Notes under the pieces: generated by a model
The model's input: the letters and a program-made list of their open reading frames with translations, nothing else
The model's database searches: none
What the model was told of the DNA's origin: nothing
Origin: Octopus sinensis
Taxonomy: Eukaryota
Direction of reading: 5' to 3'
Assembly: GCF_006345805.1 (NCBI RefSeq)
Contig: NC_043001.1
Location: forward strand, 111,476,001-111,540,000
Length of the DNA: 64,000 nucleotides
Part shown: positions 41,395 to 55,066 of the stretch, piece after piece
Position numbering within the stretch: position 1 is the first letter of the stretch
Layout of the letters: the number at the start of each line of letters is the position of its first letter
Position numbers and translations under genes: made by a program

Positions 41395-41778
41395 TCTCTC
41401 TATATATAAACGGCAGTTTGTCTGTGCGTGTTATGTGTGTCTGTTTGCTTGTACCCTCACCCTGACCACGGCTTTCAACCGATTCTGATGAAACTTGACA
41501 CACACATAGCCCAATATCATAATTCAAAACTAACGCAGCGAAAATTTTGAAAAGTTCCCCCAGTTCTGAAAAAAATCGATAAATTCGACATGGGGTCGAG
41601 AATCAGGAACACAAACCACAGACTGTCTAGGGGACGCAACTCCACATTTTTTAACTATCAAAAAAAAAATTACCATCATTTTTTTCCATTTTTTTGCTGT
41701 TTTTTGGCTATAACTCTCTAAAAATGCTTTATAGTTATTTCCCTTACAAACCTGAGCAACGCCGGGCGATACTGCTAG
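41395..41778 (+). mobile_element. Non-autonomous Helitron-like element, family H1
   Basis: A|TC...GCAACGCCGGGCGATACTG-CTAG|T; near-identical to 914-1298 (inverted). Confidence 0.82.
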
Positions 41779-41838
41779 TATATATATATATGTATGTGTG
41801 TGTGTATGTGTGTGTGTATGTGTGTATATATATATATA

Positions 41839-42952
41839 CTAGCATTACAGACCCGTCGTTGCCGGGTCATAGTGCTAGTGCATGTATATATGTGTATATA
41901 TATGTGTACATATTACATGTACATCTATATATATACATCTACTCATAAAATACAAAATACAAAGTTATATCTTGATATCGCTAGTGATAACAATACTCGA
42001 AATATATAACAGACTGGAATTGTTAGCCCATCTCTTGTACTTTCGATCAATTGTATCTTGTCCTCCCTCTTGTATAGAAGTGTGGCTACAATCCGACGGC
42101 TGCAGCGAAATTCATTTTTGAACTTTCTTCTATCGAAGACATTTTAACAAAATACTTCCGTGTAAACGGTGAAAATATTGTCAATTTCCCCAAACAGGGA
42201 CACAATTCAATTTTTAAACAATAACCAAAACTCCTTCTTCCAAAGAGGGAGGGTTACGGTTTACAATTGTTTAACAAATGCAACACAACAACGCTTCCCT
42301 TACGAGGAACCAACAAACGTAATAACAATAGTTAAACAGAAATAATAATAACAACTAACCTTACGGTAAACCAAAAAGCTGTACTCTGTTGAAGCTATAG
42401 GCCTTTATGGATCAGAAATAAACTAACAGCGGTACTCAGTAGAATGCTTAATGCTAGCTAATTAGCAAGTAATCTAATGTAAAAGCCGTGCACACCTCCA
42501 TCTGGACTATTCCATTTCTGCACTTAAATTTTATATATTTATCTATTCCCATTCATGTGAAACCACTGATTCAAGCTCAAGTCATTGATGCAATTTTATA
42601 CCAATTGCTATATTTTTACTTTTGTTATGTTACGATAATATACTTTAGTTTGATTTTAATTATTACTTTTTTGTTGTTAAAGTGAAAGTATCTGACATAA
42701 AATAGAGAAATATTTTTGTTTCACTTTTAACACGTAATACTGAAATAGTGGAGAAGATATGATATTGCAATGGGCTCGCTCTAGGCAAGAAGTTGAACAT
42801 TTGTTTTTTGCCCATGAAACTACATGGACCCTAAGTAAGGCAATGTGTAAAATTTGAATGAAATTGGTTGTGTAGTTCTCGAGTTTTAGGGAAACACACA
42901 GACAGACAGACAGACAGACACACACACATTTTCAGTGTTATATATATAAAGA
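41839..42952 (-). mobile_element. Non-autonomous Helitron-like element, family H2
   Basis: CTAG at 41839, hairpin GACCCG-TCGTTGC-CGGGTC, 5' TCTTTATATATA at 42952, subterminal (GACA)n. Confidence 0.75.
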
Positions 42953-42989
42953 TATATGGATGTGTGTGCGTGTGTGTGCATGTGCGTGC

Positions 42990-43334
42990 TTGTGCATCCT
43001 TGTGCAGATCTTCCCACCACCGCTTACCAAACGGTGTTGGTTGGTTTATGGTGACTCAAATAGTGGTGCGGCAAAAGTGTTCCATACAATAAGCACCAAG
43101 ATTTACAAATAAGTATTGGAATCGATTTGATCGATTGATGCCTTTCAAGGCGCCCCACCACCACACACACACAAAATCATCATAGCTGCTTGCTTTCCAA
43201 CCAAATGATTCGAGGTTCAATTCCACTTTGGCAACTTCGATACGTATCTTCTGTTATAGACTTGGGCTGACAAAAGTCTTGTGAGTGGATTTGGTCGACA
43301 GAAACTGAAAGAAGCCCAACATGTATATATATAT

Positions 43335-43384
<50 letters not shown>

Positions 43385-43600
43385 GGGCGTTAGAGCCTGT
43401 GTGTATGTGTATTCCGCAGCACCGCTTGACAACCGGTGTTGGTATGTTTATGTCTCCGTAACGTTAGCGGTTCGGCAAAAGGCCCCGATATAATAAGTAG
43501 TAAGTTTTAAAAAATGTCTTGCAGTCGATTCGTTCGACTAGAATCCTCCAAGGTGGTGCCACAGCATGGCCGCAAGCAAATCTCTAAAACAAGTGAAAGA
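42990..43600 (+). mobile_element. Degenerate SINE family A copies (partial plus near-full)
   Basis: GTGAGTGGATTTGG..AAACTGAAAGAAGCCC; CCGCTTGACAACCGGTGTTGG; CAGCATGGCCGCA. Confidence 0.7.
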
Positions 43601-44399
43601 TAAATAGATAAAAGCTATACGTTGTGCGTGTATGTGTCTGCGTGAGTGCATGTAAATGTGTGCGTGTATGTGTGTTCGTGTGTGTGCGTGTGTGCGTGTT
43701 TGTATGTGCGTGTGTATATGTGTGTGTGAGTGCGAGTGCGTGTGTGCAAGTGTGTGTGTATGTGTGTGTTTGCGTGTGTGTATGTCTGTGTTCGTGTGTG
43801 TGTATGTGTGCGAGCGTATATGTGCGTGTTTTTGTGCCTGTGTATGTGTGCCTCTGTGCGTGTGTATGTTTGTGTGTGTGTGTGTGCATCTATGCACGTG
43901 TGTGCGTCTGTATGTGTATATACATGTGTGTGTGAGAGAGAGAGTTTTTATGCAGGCATGTATGTATGTGTTTTTACGCTCATATTCATTTCCAAAATGT
44001 AGAGAAAAATCATTTCAACGAAAAAGTATGATGCAAAATCACAGAACCATAAATGCCACCAGTGAAAGAATAATTGCAAGGAAAACATGAAAGTACTTCA
44101 GACAAAAATACAATTTCGTTTACATGCACAAATAAATGTAGGAAAAACGAAGCATAGTAGCAAATATTATTGGAAGTCATGCAAGGAAAACAGGACATGA
44201 GGTAAAGAATATATTATAATACAAATATGTAAAATGAAAACTTAGTAAGGAACTATAGAAATAGTCAATAGTCACCATGTTGTTGTTTGTAGTAGTTCCA
44301 AAACATAATATTTCCGAATTACTATCTAAAGCTTATTTGAACCCGTAAATCAGGATGATCAACATTCATAATACGTTTTGTCTCTTTACTCACATGAAA

Positions 44400-44691
44400 T
44401 CATTTTATATTTCTTCATGCGTATATTAAACCCTCAGGGGTTCGGTTCGGTCATCGATTTTAAGGGAGGTGGCAATCTCTTTCCCGGCTAAATTGGTTTC
44501 AGTTAGCGCTGCGTCGTCTACTTTCTTGTACTTAGCTGTGATGGCGTTATGACCTCTGCATATCGGAGAGCCTAGAGATCTTGTTCGCCAAAGGCCCTCT
44601 CCTTAACAAAATCTCAGAACACTCCCCAAATTGTATGCATAAGAAGTATGCGAACTACAACAACTATAGACCTACCCGGCAACCAGATTGA
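44400..44691 (+). pseudogene. Penelope-like element GIY-YIG endonuclease C-terminal remnant
   Basis: 44545-44691 reads RYDLCISESLEILFAKGPLLNKISEHSPNCMHKK, resembling the PLE C-terminal pattern CxLCxxE..I....LLNKRSE...CRH. Confidence 0.65.
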
Positions 44692-44769
44692 TGACACCCC
44701 ACCCACAAAACCCCCCCCAATCCCACCGTTCCCCTAGCACCCCCGATTACCTTTTCTCCTAAGACCTTT

Positions 44770-45356
44770 CACATATTGTATGTGCACGCTTGTATATGTG
44801 TATCGTATATATGTATAGAAATGTATGGGTATAGTAGGAATATACGCATGTATTATGTGTGTGTGTGCGTGTATGTATGTAAAAAAAAAAAAATATATAT
44901 ATATATATATATATGTATGTGCGTGTGTGTGTGTGTGTGTGTATATATGTATAGATGTATGTATGTATATATGTATATATGTGTGTATGCATATGTATGT
45001 GTATATGTATGTGTGTATGTATGTGTATGTATGTATAAAATATTATATAATTAGGGCTTAGTAAAATAAATTACTTTGCCACATACTGAACTTTCTAGAA
45101 ATAGCAGCCCAAAAAGTTTTTTAGCCTCTTCCACTACTTAGAGAATATTTTCCCTCAGACATTGTTTACTCATAAAAATAATGGTCCTTTTACATACTGA
45201 ATACTTGGTGAAATTGATTAATAACTAATTAACTTACCCTCAATTGTTGATATATGTATGTGGTGTGTGTATATATATGTGTGTGTATGTGTATATGTAT
45301 ATGTATATGTATATGTGTGTGTATGTATGTATGTATATATAATATATATATATGTA

Positions 45357-45411
<55 letters not shown>

Positions 45412-45658
45412 GTGTGTGTGTATATGTGTATTATGTATGTGTATGTTTATATATATGTATGTATATGTATATGTATATGTATGTGTGTGTGTATATGTAT
45501 ATATGTGTATATATATGAGTGTACGCGAGTATGTCGATGTATATGTAGGTATGTAGAGTTATGTGTATGTGCAGGTATGTGAGTGTAGATACAAATTGTA
45601 GATGTGTATATATATGTATGTGTATATATACATGTATATAGGTATATGTATGTGTGTG

Positions 45659-45714
<56 letters not shown>

Positions 45715-46309
45715 AGTATGTAGAGATATAAGTATGTGCACGTGTATATGTATATATGTGTGTATATATATGTATGTGTATGTGTATATGTATGTATATA
45801 ATATATATATATATGTATGTGTGTGTGTGTGTGTATGTATGCATATACGTATGTATGTATGTATGTATGTATGTATATGTGTATGTATATATGTGTGTAA
45901 GTGTGTGTATATATGTAAATGTAAGTGTGTGTGCTTGTATGAGAATGTATGTATGTTTGCACACATGTATATATGTGTGTGTATGTGTATATGTATATGT
46001 ATATGTGTATATATATATGTATATATATATATGTATGTATATGTGTATGTATATATATGTGTGTATGTGTGTGTGTATACATGTGTGTATGTGTATGTAT
46101 GTATGTATATATATGCGTGTGTATGTGTATATGTACATATACGCGTACGCTCGTGTGTTTATGTATATGTAGGTACGTAGAGTTATCTATGTGTGTATTT
46201 ATATGTACATGTGTGTAAGTATGTATATATATGTATATATGTATGTGTATGTGTGTGTGTGTATATATATATGTATGTATATATGTATGTGTATGTGTAT
46301 GTGTATATG

Positions 46310-46382
<73 letters not shown>

Positions 46383-46728
46383 GGTGTGTGTGTGTGTAAG
46401 TTTATATGTATGTATCCGTCTATATAATAGGTAACTGCACGTACATATACTTAATATTTATTAGTTATTTTTTGAGTATGCATGTACGAATAACTGCGCG
46501 TATATATATTTTACTATTTACTTATTTTTTGAGTATGCATGTAAGTATGAATATAAGGAGGCGCGTGTGTATGTGTGTATGTGTAAGCATAGATATATGT
46601 ATACTTTTACGCATGTGTGTACTTATGTGTATATATGGATGCGCGCGTGTGTGTGTGTGTGTATGGGTACGCATGTACATGTGTATGTGCGTGTAGTGTA
46701 TATATATGTATATGTGTGTGTATGCGTA

Positions 46729-46761
<33 letters not shown>

Positions 46762-46774
46762 GTGTATATATATG

Positions 46775-46827
<53 letters not shown>

Positions 46828-47231
46828 ATTTGTATGTAGGTTTATATGTATGTGTGTGTATTTATATTTATTGGTGTATATATATAGACTAGCTTTCTAA
46901 GAGTGTAGACATGAATCTGTAGGTACGCGTACGTATGTGTATATACGTGAATGTATGTAGATGTATGTATGTATGAATATAACGCGTGCGTGCGTGTATG
47001 TGTATGAGTGTACGAATGAGTGAGTGTACGTGCTAAAGAGTGCGCGTGAGTGAATGAGTGCTTGTTTTCCAGTAGACAGATAAATGGACTGCTGTCATAG
47101 CCAAGATGTTTGTGACCAAGCGGCCAAAGATAACAAAAGTAATAAACGAAGATAATAAAATTAAAATTAGGGAATGGGTCTGTATTTGTATGTGTATATA
47201 TGTGTGTATGTGTAGGTATGCATAGGTACAC

Positions 47232-47269
<38 letters not shown>

Positions 47270-47650
47270 GTATGTATATGTATGTATGTGTGTGTGTATA
47301 TGTGTGTGTATGTGTATATATGTGTATATAGGGACTAGTGTGCTGTGTGTGCATGTGTGTGTGTGGATATGTGTGTGTATGCGTGTATGTGAGTATATGT
47401 GTGTGTATGTGTATATATATTTTTCTGTGCGTATATGTATGTGTGGTCGTGTGTGTATATATACATGTGTGTATACGTGTATGCATGTGAGTGTGTGTAT
47501 GTATACATATATGTGTATGTGTAGATATGTATATGTATGTGTATGTGTAAGTGTATATATATGTATATATATATGTGTGTGTATGTATGTGTGTATGTAT
47601 ATGTATATATGTTTGTATGTGTGTGTATGTATGTATACATGTGTACATAG
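44770..47650. repeat. ~2.9-kb (TG)/(TA)/(TATG) low-complexity field
   Basis: Direct reading; contains a PLE-tail-like island at 45050-45250. Confidence 0.9.
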
Positions 47651-47888
47651 GTATAAGTGAGAATCTCCTTATTTACCTAAAACTCTATTCCCCTTTTTTT
47701 ATATATAGATTTTTTTATTATTTTATTTTTTTATTTTTTTATTTATTCTTCTATCTAATTTAACACTGACTCCTTGACCACTCCCCCAAGTATGATATTT
47801 TGCGCTATGCCTACCCCCAAAAAGTCCCCCGCCAACACCCCTTTAAACCTGCCTAAATGTATAAATGCCAATACAATTCTTGTTAACT

Positions 47889-47939
47889 AGCTTCCTGAAG
47901 ATTTCTCTTGAATGAAACAGTTCTAGTCCTGTAGAAGCT
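47889..47939 (+). ncRNA. Type I hammerhead ribozyme, canonical core
   Basis: AGCTTC CTGAAGA T-TTC-TCTT-GAA-T GAAA CAG-TTCTAGTC-CTG TA GAAGCT (6-bp stem I, 3-bp stem III). Confidence 0.8.
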
Positions 47940-48340
47940 CCTTCTATATAATAAATATATATATATTTATATAGCATTAAGGACAACTACTTAATAAGGA
48001 AAACTTAACAAGAAATTGTCAGGTAGATAGCGTGAAAACCTCATAAGAGAATAAATTTCGAAAATAATTATTTCTTATTGAACATATTAATTTATATATA
48101 GAGGGCATTATACATACATGCCAGAGAGCATTACACATACATGCCACACGCTAAGAGGGACAATCAGTCATTTCTACCAAAAAATATTACTAATCCCACC
48201 GAATGCAATTTTTCAAAATAAGACATTTAAAAAATATAGACCTGTATCACAGTGATTTCATACTTTATATATATATACTCGCCATGATAGATCGGTAACC
48301 ACTACACACATTTTTTCTCTCCTTGTTTCTTTCTGTGTTC

Positions 48341-48376
48341 CTTTCTGTGGAAGAGCGTAGGCTTGAAACGTAAAAG
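48341..48376 (+). ncRNA. Hammerhead-like motif with variant core, copy 1
   Basis: CTTT CTGTGGA A GAGC-GTAG-GCTT GAAA CG TA AAAG. Confidence 0.5.
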
Positions 48377-48463
48377 ACTTTTACAATTCCCCAGCATTAT
48401 ACTAATACATCTCTTTGTTTTCTACACCACCTGTCTTCGTCTTTTGCTTTTTTCGTGAATTCT

Positions 48464-48503
<40 letters not shown>

Positions 48504-49252
48504 ATATATATGTATACATATACATATATCCTCATCTATCTATATATACACACAATCGTAGACACAAGCACACATATGTGTGTGTGTATGCGCGTATATA
48601 TATGTATACATATAAGTATTTATATATGTATGTATATACAGAGCGAAAGATATACCTTGTTAATTAATCTCTTGAGTTGTGTTGTATTTATGAAGATACA
48701 TATGCATATAATGGATATTACGTGAACCTGTATATTGACATAAGCTCATAAAATTACGTGTGTCTGTATGTCGTAAATGTATTTCTTTGTGTTGCAAGGT
48801 ATGTATGTGAATATTACAAATTTTCCACCGTTGATATCTGCATAAAAAAACACGTAGCTAAATGAATTTCATTATATATTTATGTCTGTAAATGCAAAAT
48901 TTATCTGTAGTAGTTATGGGGATATATTGCAAGAGCGCTAATGCCGATTTGTCTTGCAAGTCTTATGGACATAACTTTCGAAGTAACATATTCTACAGTA
49001 TAATGACTGAAGAATATAGAAGTTGACCGAGTGTCGCGTTTTCCAGTAGACTAGGTCTGTGAACATGGTTTACTTTGTTAAATATCTTCAGCTAAGTATA
49101 TATTATTTCAAAATCTGAAACATTAGAAAGACATACAAAGATAGAAATTTGTGTGGGAAAAATATATTAATCACACAAAAACTACTCCAAATTCACACAC
49201 AGTTATACATACACACAGGCTCATACATTTATATATATATATATTATATATA

Positions 49253-49300
<48 letters not shown>

Positions 49301-49326
49301 CATACATACATACATACATACCGCAA

Positions 49327-49357
<31 letters not shown>

Positions 49358-49523
49358 CATATGAGAGGGATGATCACTATGTGGACAACCCTTATGCTAG
49401 AAGTAGATCCGTTATGGCCTTACTACTAACACATTTTCTTGAGAACATTTCTTAGTGGTAAGGCCATAGCGGATCTTCTTTCTGCATAATGGATGTCCAC
49501 TTGGTGGTCATCCCTCTCATATA
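49358..49523. repeat. Inverted repeat (~70-bp arms) related to the 6040 arm sequence
   Basis: ATGAGAGGGATGATCACTATGTGGACA..ATGCTAGA versus its complement; shares GA.CACTA..GTGGACA.CC..TATGCTAGA with 6050-6090. Confidence 0.85.
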
Positions 49524-49629
49524 TATGCAATAACATTTTCTGAACCTTCAGATTTTAATATGCTAGACCACTGTTTTAAATTGATGTCAATCAAATTAAT
49601 TCAATTTTTCACCCTCATTTTAAATTTAA

Positions 49630-49723
<94 letters not shown>

Positions 49724-50022
49724 TTATAATTTAGGGTATCGAAGTTTTTTTACTCTAGCCCCTGGCCGACCAAAGCTTTGTGAGGGGATTTCGTAGACGG
49801 AACCTGAAAGTTTGTGACTTTGGGTAAAAGAAAATGCACAAGGATCAATTAATTGTGATTTGATTTAACATATTCCCCTCTCAGAGTCACACTTTTTGCA
49901 ACGGTACTTCAGTTTTTCTAAGACATGCGAAAAAAAAAATCGGAACGTGGCCCCTCCCCCAACAAGTCCTTTCATGATACCCGCCAAACCAGGAACGTTT
50001 CAGTACACCCTCATGTGTGTGT

Positions 50023-50067
<45 letters not shown>

Positions 50068-50404
50068 TATCCTCATCATCGCTTCACAACCTGCGTTGAC
50101 TTTTTACGTCTAGTGCTTTAGCGATTGTATCCGAGTGAATAAGTGCCAGGCTTTGAGAAAAAGTACTGCCGTTGATTAGTGCCCTTGCATAGCCGCAGAT
50201 CAATAAGTAAAACAAATAATCGATAAGAGATATCCTTATTAGTGATTTACCTTTTATTTGAGACACTAATCTTCCTAAATCATCTGTTAATCCAATATTG
50301 TTTCAAGATAATGCCCCTCTCATCATCAGAATATAAGTGATGCAAATGATATGTAATTCGCTTGATTTGCTAGTGGAAATAATTCCAAAGATCTTTTACA
50401 CTTT

Positions 50405-50620
50405 TACTCTTTTAGTTGTTTCAATCATTTGACTGCGGCCATGCTGGAGTACCGCCTTTAGTCGAGCACATCAACCCCGAGACTTATTCTTTGTAAGCCT
50501 AGTACTTATTCTATCGATCACTTTTTCCGAACAGCTAAGTGACGGAGACATAAACACACCAGCATCGGTTATCAAGCAATGCTAGAGGGACAAACAATAC
50601 ACAAACATACACACACGCAT
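50405..50620 (-). mobile_element. SINE family A, 3' half
   Basis: TCATTTGACTGCGGCCATGCTGGAG..GACTTATTCTTTGTAAGCCTAGTACTTATTC. Confidence 0.85.
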
Positions 50621-51035
50621 ATATATATTATATATATATTATATAGATATATATATATATATATATATATCTATATATATATATATATATGTATGTATAT
50701 ATATATATATATACATATATACTACGGGCTGTAAAAAAATCATCCACGCTGGATTTAGAAAAAAAAAGGGTTAAATCTTTTACATTTCCTGAAGCTGTCT
50801 GTTTTTATGATTTTTTTATTTTAGTAACCAACCTATGTCTTGTCTGTATCATCTATTCTGGCTGTTTTTGTTGTGACAATAACGTATGTTATGATACCGC
50901 CGTCCATTTTGCTTTGTAGCGCTGGAAGTAAGTGTGATAGAAAATAATGAAGCTATGAATAGTTATTCGTAATTGAACCACCAAACGCAACAGGTTTCGT
51001 TTTTTACATTCTCTTTCTCTTTATTTCCTCTAATT

Positions 51036-51072
51036 CTTTTCTATCGAAGAGCGGGGGCTCGAAACGTAAAAG
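51036..51072 (+). ncRNA. Hammerhead-like motif with variant core, copy 2
   Basis: CTTTT CTATCGA A GAGC-GGGG-GCTC GAAA CG TA AAAG. Confidence 0.45.
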
Positions 51073-52476
51073 ACATTTTCATTTTATCCAAACGTCAACC
51101 TAATATATTTGCTTGTTTTCCACACACATGTTTTTGTCTTTTTTCTTATAAATTTGAAATATACATACATACAAAGGCACGTGCGTGTTAGGGTACGTGT
51201 GTTACCATTTGTGCACGTATACATTTATATATCTTCCTGAGATATAAACAGTGCAATGAATATATGTATGTGTGCGCATATTACCAATAAACTAGATATA
51301 TTTTTATACGTATTCCAGAAAATTATAAGTAATATGTTCTTCAAGAAACAAAGCTACGTGTGTCAAGATATTTCTGTGTATCTGATATGTAACACGAATG
51401 TAAAACAGATTACATAATATCTCAAAGATTTTATACGAATCTGTTCTCCTTTTCTTTTATTTGTCCTTCTTTTACAAAGACAGCCGAGAACAAGACACCA
51501 CTTCTCAGACTCCAGTCTATCCACAACGGAAGCTGCAGCCGTACCGGTACCCAGAGTAATTTGATTGCGCTCACTAAACTAAACAACATGTCCCCTTTCA
51601 TTCGAAGTGAAAGTCGGAACTAGCGGTATTCCATTAGCAGCAGATGCATATAATTTGCGAAGAAATGCAGGAAAATGGCTAGCGTATGTTTAATAGATGG
51701 TATTCAATCATAGTGGGAGTAAGCCCTACTGGATGATATCATCGTTTTTGATTTCCCTAATCAATCGAAAAGCGAGTCGAAATAGTTGAAAATATTTCAA
51801 GGGTTCTGGAGATGACAAGGGTGATCAACAGGTCTCACCAGGCCTCTAATGTGTGCATACTGTAAGAATTTTGGTAATTATCATTTTTCGACCCGTCGTG
51901 ATCTGAGCCGCACAGACAATTGAAAATTTAATATTCAAATATTTACTGTAGCAACCAGGTTTAACTGACTCCCCAGTTCTGCTGGTCAGGAAGTGAAACT
52001 ACGCCAGCTCCTGGAAGATCATGAGTCCATGGGATAGGTGGCCGTTGCCAGGTGGGAAACAATGATAAAGAATTGTCAGCACCCTCAAAACCACACTCAT
52101 TTTCTGTCATTTCATGAATCCAATGCATATCTCAATTGCTACTTCTTAATCCTCAGCTAATTAAAATTCATTGTATCCGTTAGATTGAAGTCCAGCTAGA
52201 GACAACGCTCTTTATTAGATTCCTATTGTAGCAATCATGCACATTGTGTAGATTGCGCATAATTTGTTCAGACTTGAAAGGTTGATGTATCCAAATATCA
52301 CAATACAGGTGCTTCTTTGACAATCCACGAAACATAGATAAAAGCGGCTTACTTTTACAATGTCATTTAAACGTATAAAAATAATTATAAATTTTTAGAT
52401 TAGACACAAACTTACATACCTAAATGCGTATACACACATATCACGCACACACACATGTACACATATATGTATATAT

Positions 52477-52532
<56 letters not shown>

Positions 52533-52693
52533 TGTGTGTGTGCGTGTGTGTGTGTATGTGTGTGTGTATGTGTGTGTATGTGTGTGTGTGTGTGTGTGTG
52601 TGGTGATAATTTACAAAACAAAACAAAAGATGAAGACGCGTGTGTAAACAACAAACAGATGTATTAGTTTAAAGCTCCGGAAGTGATAAAGTG

Positions 52694-52728
52694 TTTTAGG
52701 TTTCGAGCCTACGCTCTTCGACAGAAAG
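52694..52728 (-). ncRNA. Hammerhead-like motif with variant core, copy 3
   Basis: Minus: CTTT CTGTCGA A GAGC-GTAG-GCTC GAAA CC TA AAA. Confidence 0.5.
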
Positions 52729-52790
52729 TGACTCAGAACTAAACAGGAAGAGAAAATATATATATATATATATATATACATACATACACA

Positions 52791-52873
<83 letters not shown>

Positions 52874-53569
52874 CATACATATATACATGCATATATACGA
52901 GTGTCTAAAACGCTGTACTCTATTGGTTCTTAGAATGTGAATAACATTAAAAACTTAGCAAACTAGTTTATGCTACACAATCAGGTAGATGTGCGTGTAC
53001 ATCTAGTTTTCAGAGTGTGAATGTTTGTGAGTGTATGTAAATGCGTCGGAACGTGTATGCGTGAAAGTGAGTGTCATTTTATTCGGATACCAAATGTAGC
53101 GTACGGAATTTAATTTACCTTAATACGAAATTAATAACAATTCTGGAACATTTTATGTGTACATAATATTCGGTAATTTTTCATTTTTTTTTTTCTTCTA
53201 TTATCCCTGTAACTCAATTATATTAACCTGTGTGAGTGATCAAATTTCATTTCAATTGTCTTAGGCAACTGTACGACGGCGCAGCACATCTTTGCACAGC
53301 GCAAAACGTGGAAATGTTATGAAGCGAAACCCTTGAAAATGTACAGAATGTAATGGTAAGTGTCTGTCCTAAATACTAACACTGATTTTAAGGTATGATT
53401 GCATTGCATCAATTTTTCTTTCTAAAACAAGTTAGTCATCAGATAACCTCACTAAGGTGGTGATCGAGCAGAATTCTTAGAACGTCGAATTTGCTTTACC
53501 ATATTACTCTCAGAATTACTATTCTACTAACTTTGCCCTTCTCCCTTTCGATGCCATTACCAGTAATTC

Positions 53570-53600
<31 letters not shown>

Positions 53601-54549
53601 ATGTGTATGTGTGCATCTGCGTGTAGGCGTTCCTTCAGTGCTTGTACGCGCACGCGTAGGTCTGTGTTTGTGTGTGTTATGAAGCTAAACGGTCGATGGC
53701 ATGGCAGAAGTGAAATACAGGTGTGAAACAAAGCAAGAGAGGCAAGGGAAGGTAATATGACTGAGTTAGAAAACCACTGTGTAGGAGTGTTTGTGTTTTT
53801 ATGTGGGCGAATAAAAACCGCGGGAGAGTTCTGGAGGCTACATATGTATGAATGAAAGACAAAAGCTGGTGGAGTAATAGCGAAGTGCTTATGTGTGTAT
53901 GTATGTGTGCGAAGAATGCATAGTGTGAGTATTTGCGTGTCCACATGACTATATGTGTAGGTATATGTGTGTAAGAGATATAAAATATAGTGTATATATG
54001 TCTGGGTGGGTATTTATAACTGCTATTATTATTAATGAATGGAAGAATTTTTTTATAACTTCATCTAATGGATCCTCGAATGCTTCAAATGAGAGAATGG
54101 CATATTTTTTTTTTGTTTAAATTACCATTGTTTTGGAAAACATATTTACATTAGATATTTCATGAATTCTTTCGTTTTCAGATTTCATACAAATTTATTT
54201 CCAAAGATCTCTCTCGTTCCCCCCCCTCTCTCTCTCTCTCTCTCTTCTTTTCTCTAATTTGTCATTATTATTTTTTGTACCTTGCCCATTCTCACCCCAC
54301 CCCAAATTCTTCTCACGTTTAGTTCTCAATTAATGTGAGTCACAGTAAAACAAAGGAGACAGATATCGAATTTTTTTTAGTCTAAAACCATTCCTGTTTA
54401 TGGGTATCGGCATGAGAATACGTTACAGCTATATCAAATATACGAGGAATTTCTATTTATTTACATATATAGTTTTGCCACAGTTCGTACATGAAAAATA
54501 AAAATAAAATATTCACATATAACCGTAGACACACCCACACATATAAAAA

Positions 54550-54589
<40 letters not shown>

Positions 54590-54731
54590 TGTGAAATAGA
54601 AAGATGAATAATCTGGTTGTAGATTAATCAAAAGTTAACCGATACCTTAGTAGCAAAATCACAGCATAAACAGCACGGTTGGAGTACAACCATCTGGCGT
54701 TGCACCGTGCGTTGGTGCGATAATTGAAATT

Positions 54732-54833
54732 AAAACATTATTGGTGAATTGAAGAAATGGAGCTGAACGCAGCTAAAACGATTCTGTTCAATCTGCGTTC
54801 AGCTCCATTTCTTCAATTCACCAATAATGTTTT
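54732..54833. repeat. Perfect 41-bp inverted repeat with 20-nt loop
   Basis: AAAACATTATTGGTGAATTGAAGAAATGGAGCTGAACGCAG / CTGCGTTCAGCTCCATTTCTTCAATTCACCAATAATGTTTT. Confidence 0.95.
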
Positions 54834-55066
54834 TATATAATATAATATTATATATATATATATTTATAGATACGTTCTAAACGGAATACACCTCAACTAC
54901 ACACACACACACACACAACACACACACATACACAACACACACACACCATATATATATATATATACATATATACCTATACATATATATATTTACATATATA
55001 GTTTTGCCATAATTATTTCGTAGATGAAAAATAAAAATAATATTCACATATACCCGTAGACAAACC

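Noticed and set aside
50285-50335. Minus-strand CTGATGA...GAAA CAATATTG
   Set aside because: Lacks the UH cleavage site and stem I pairing; at best a decayed HHR
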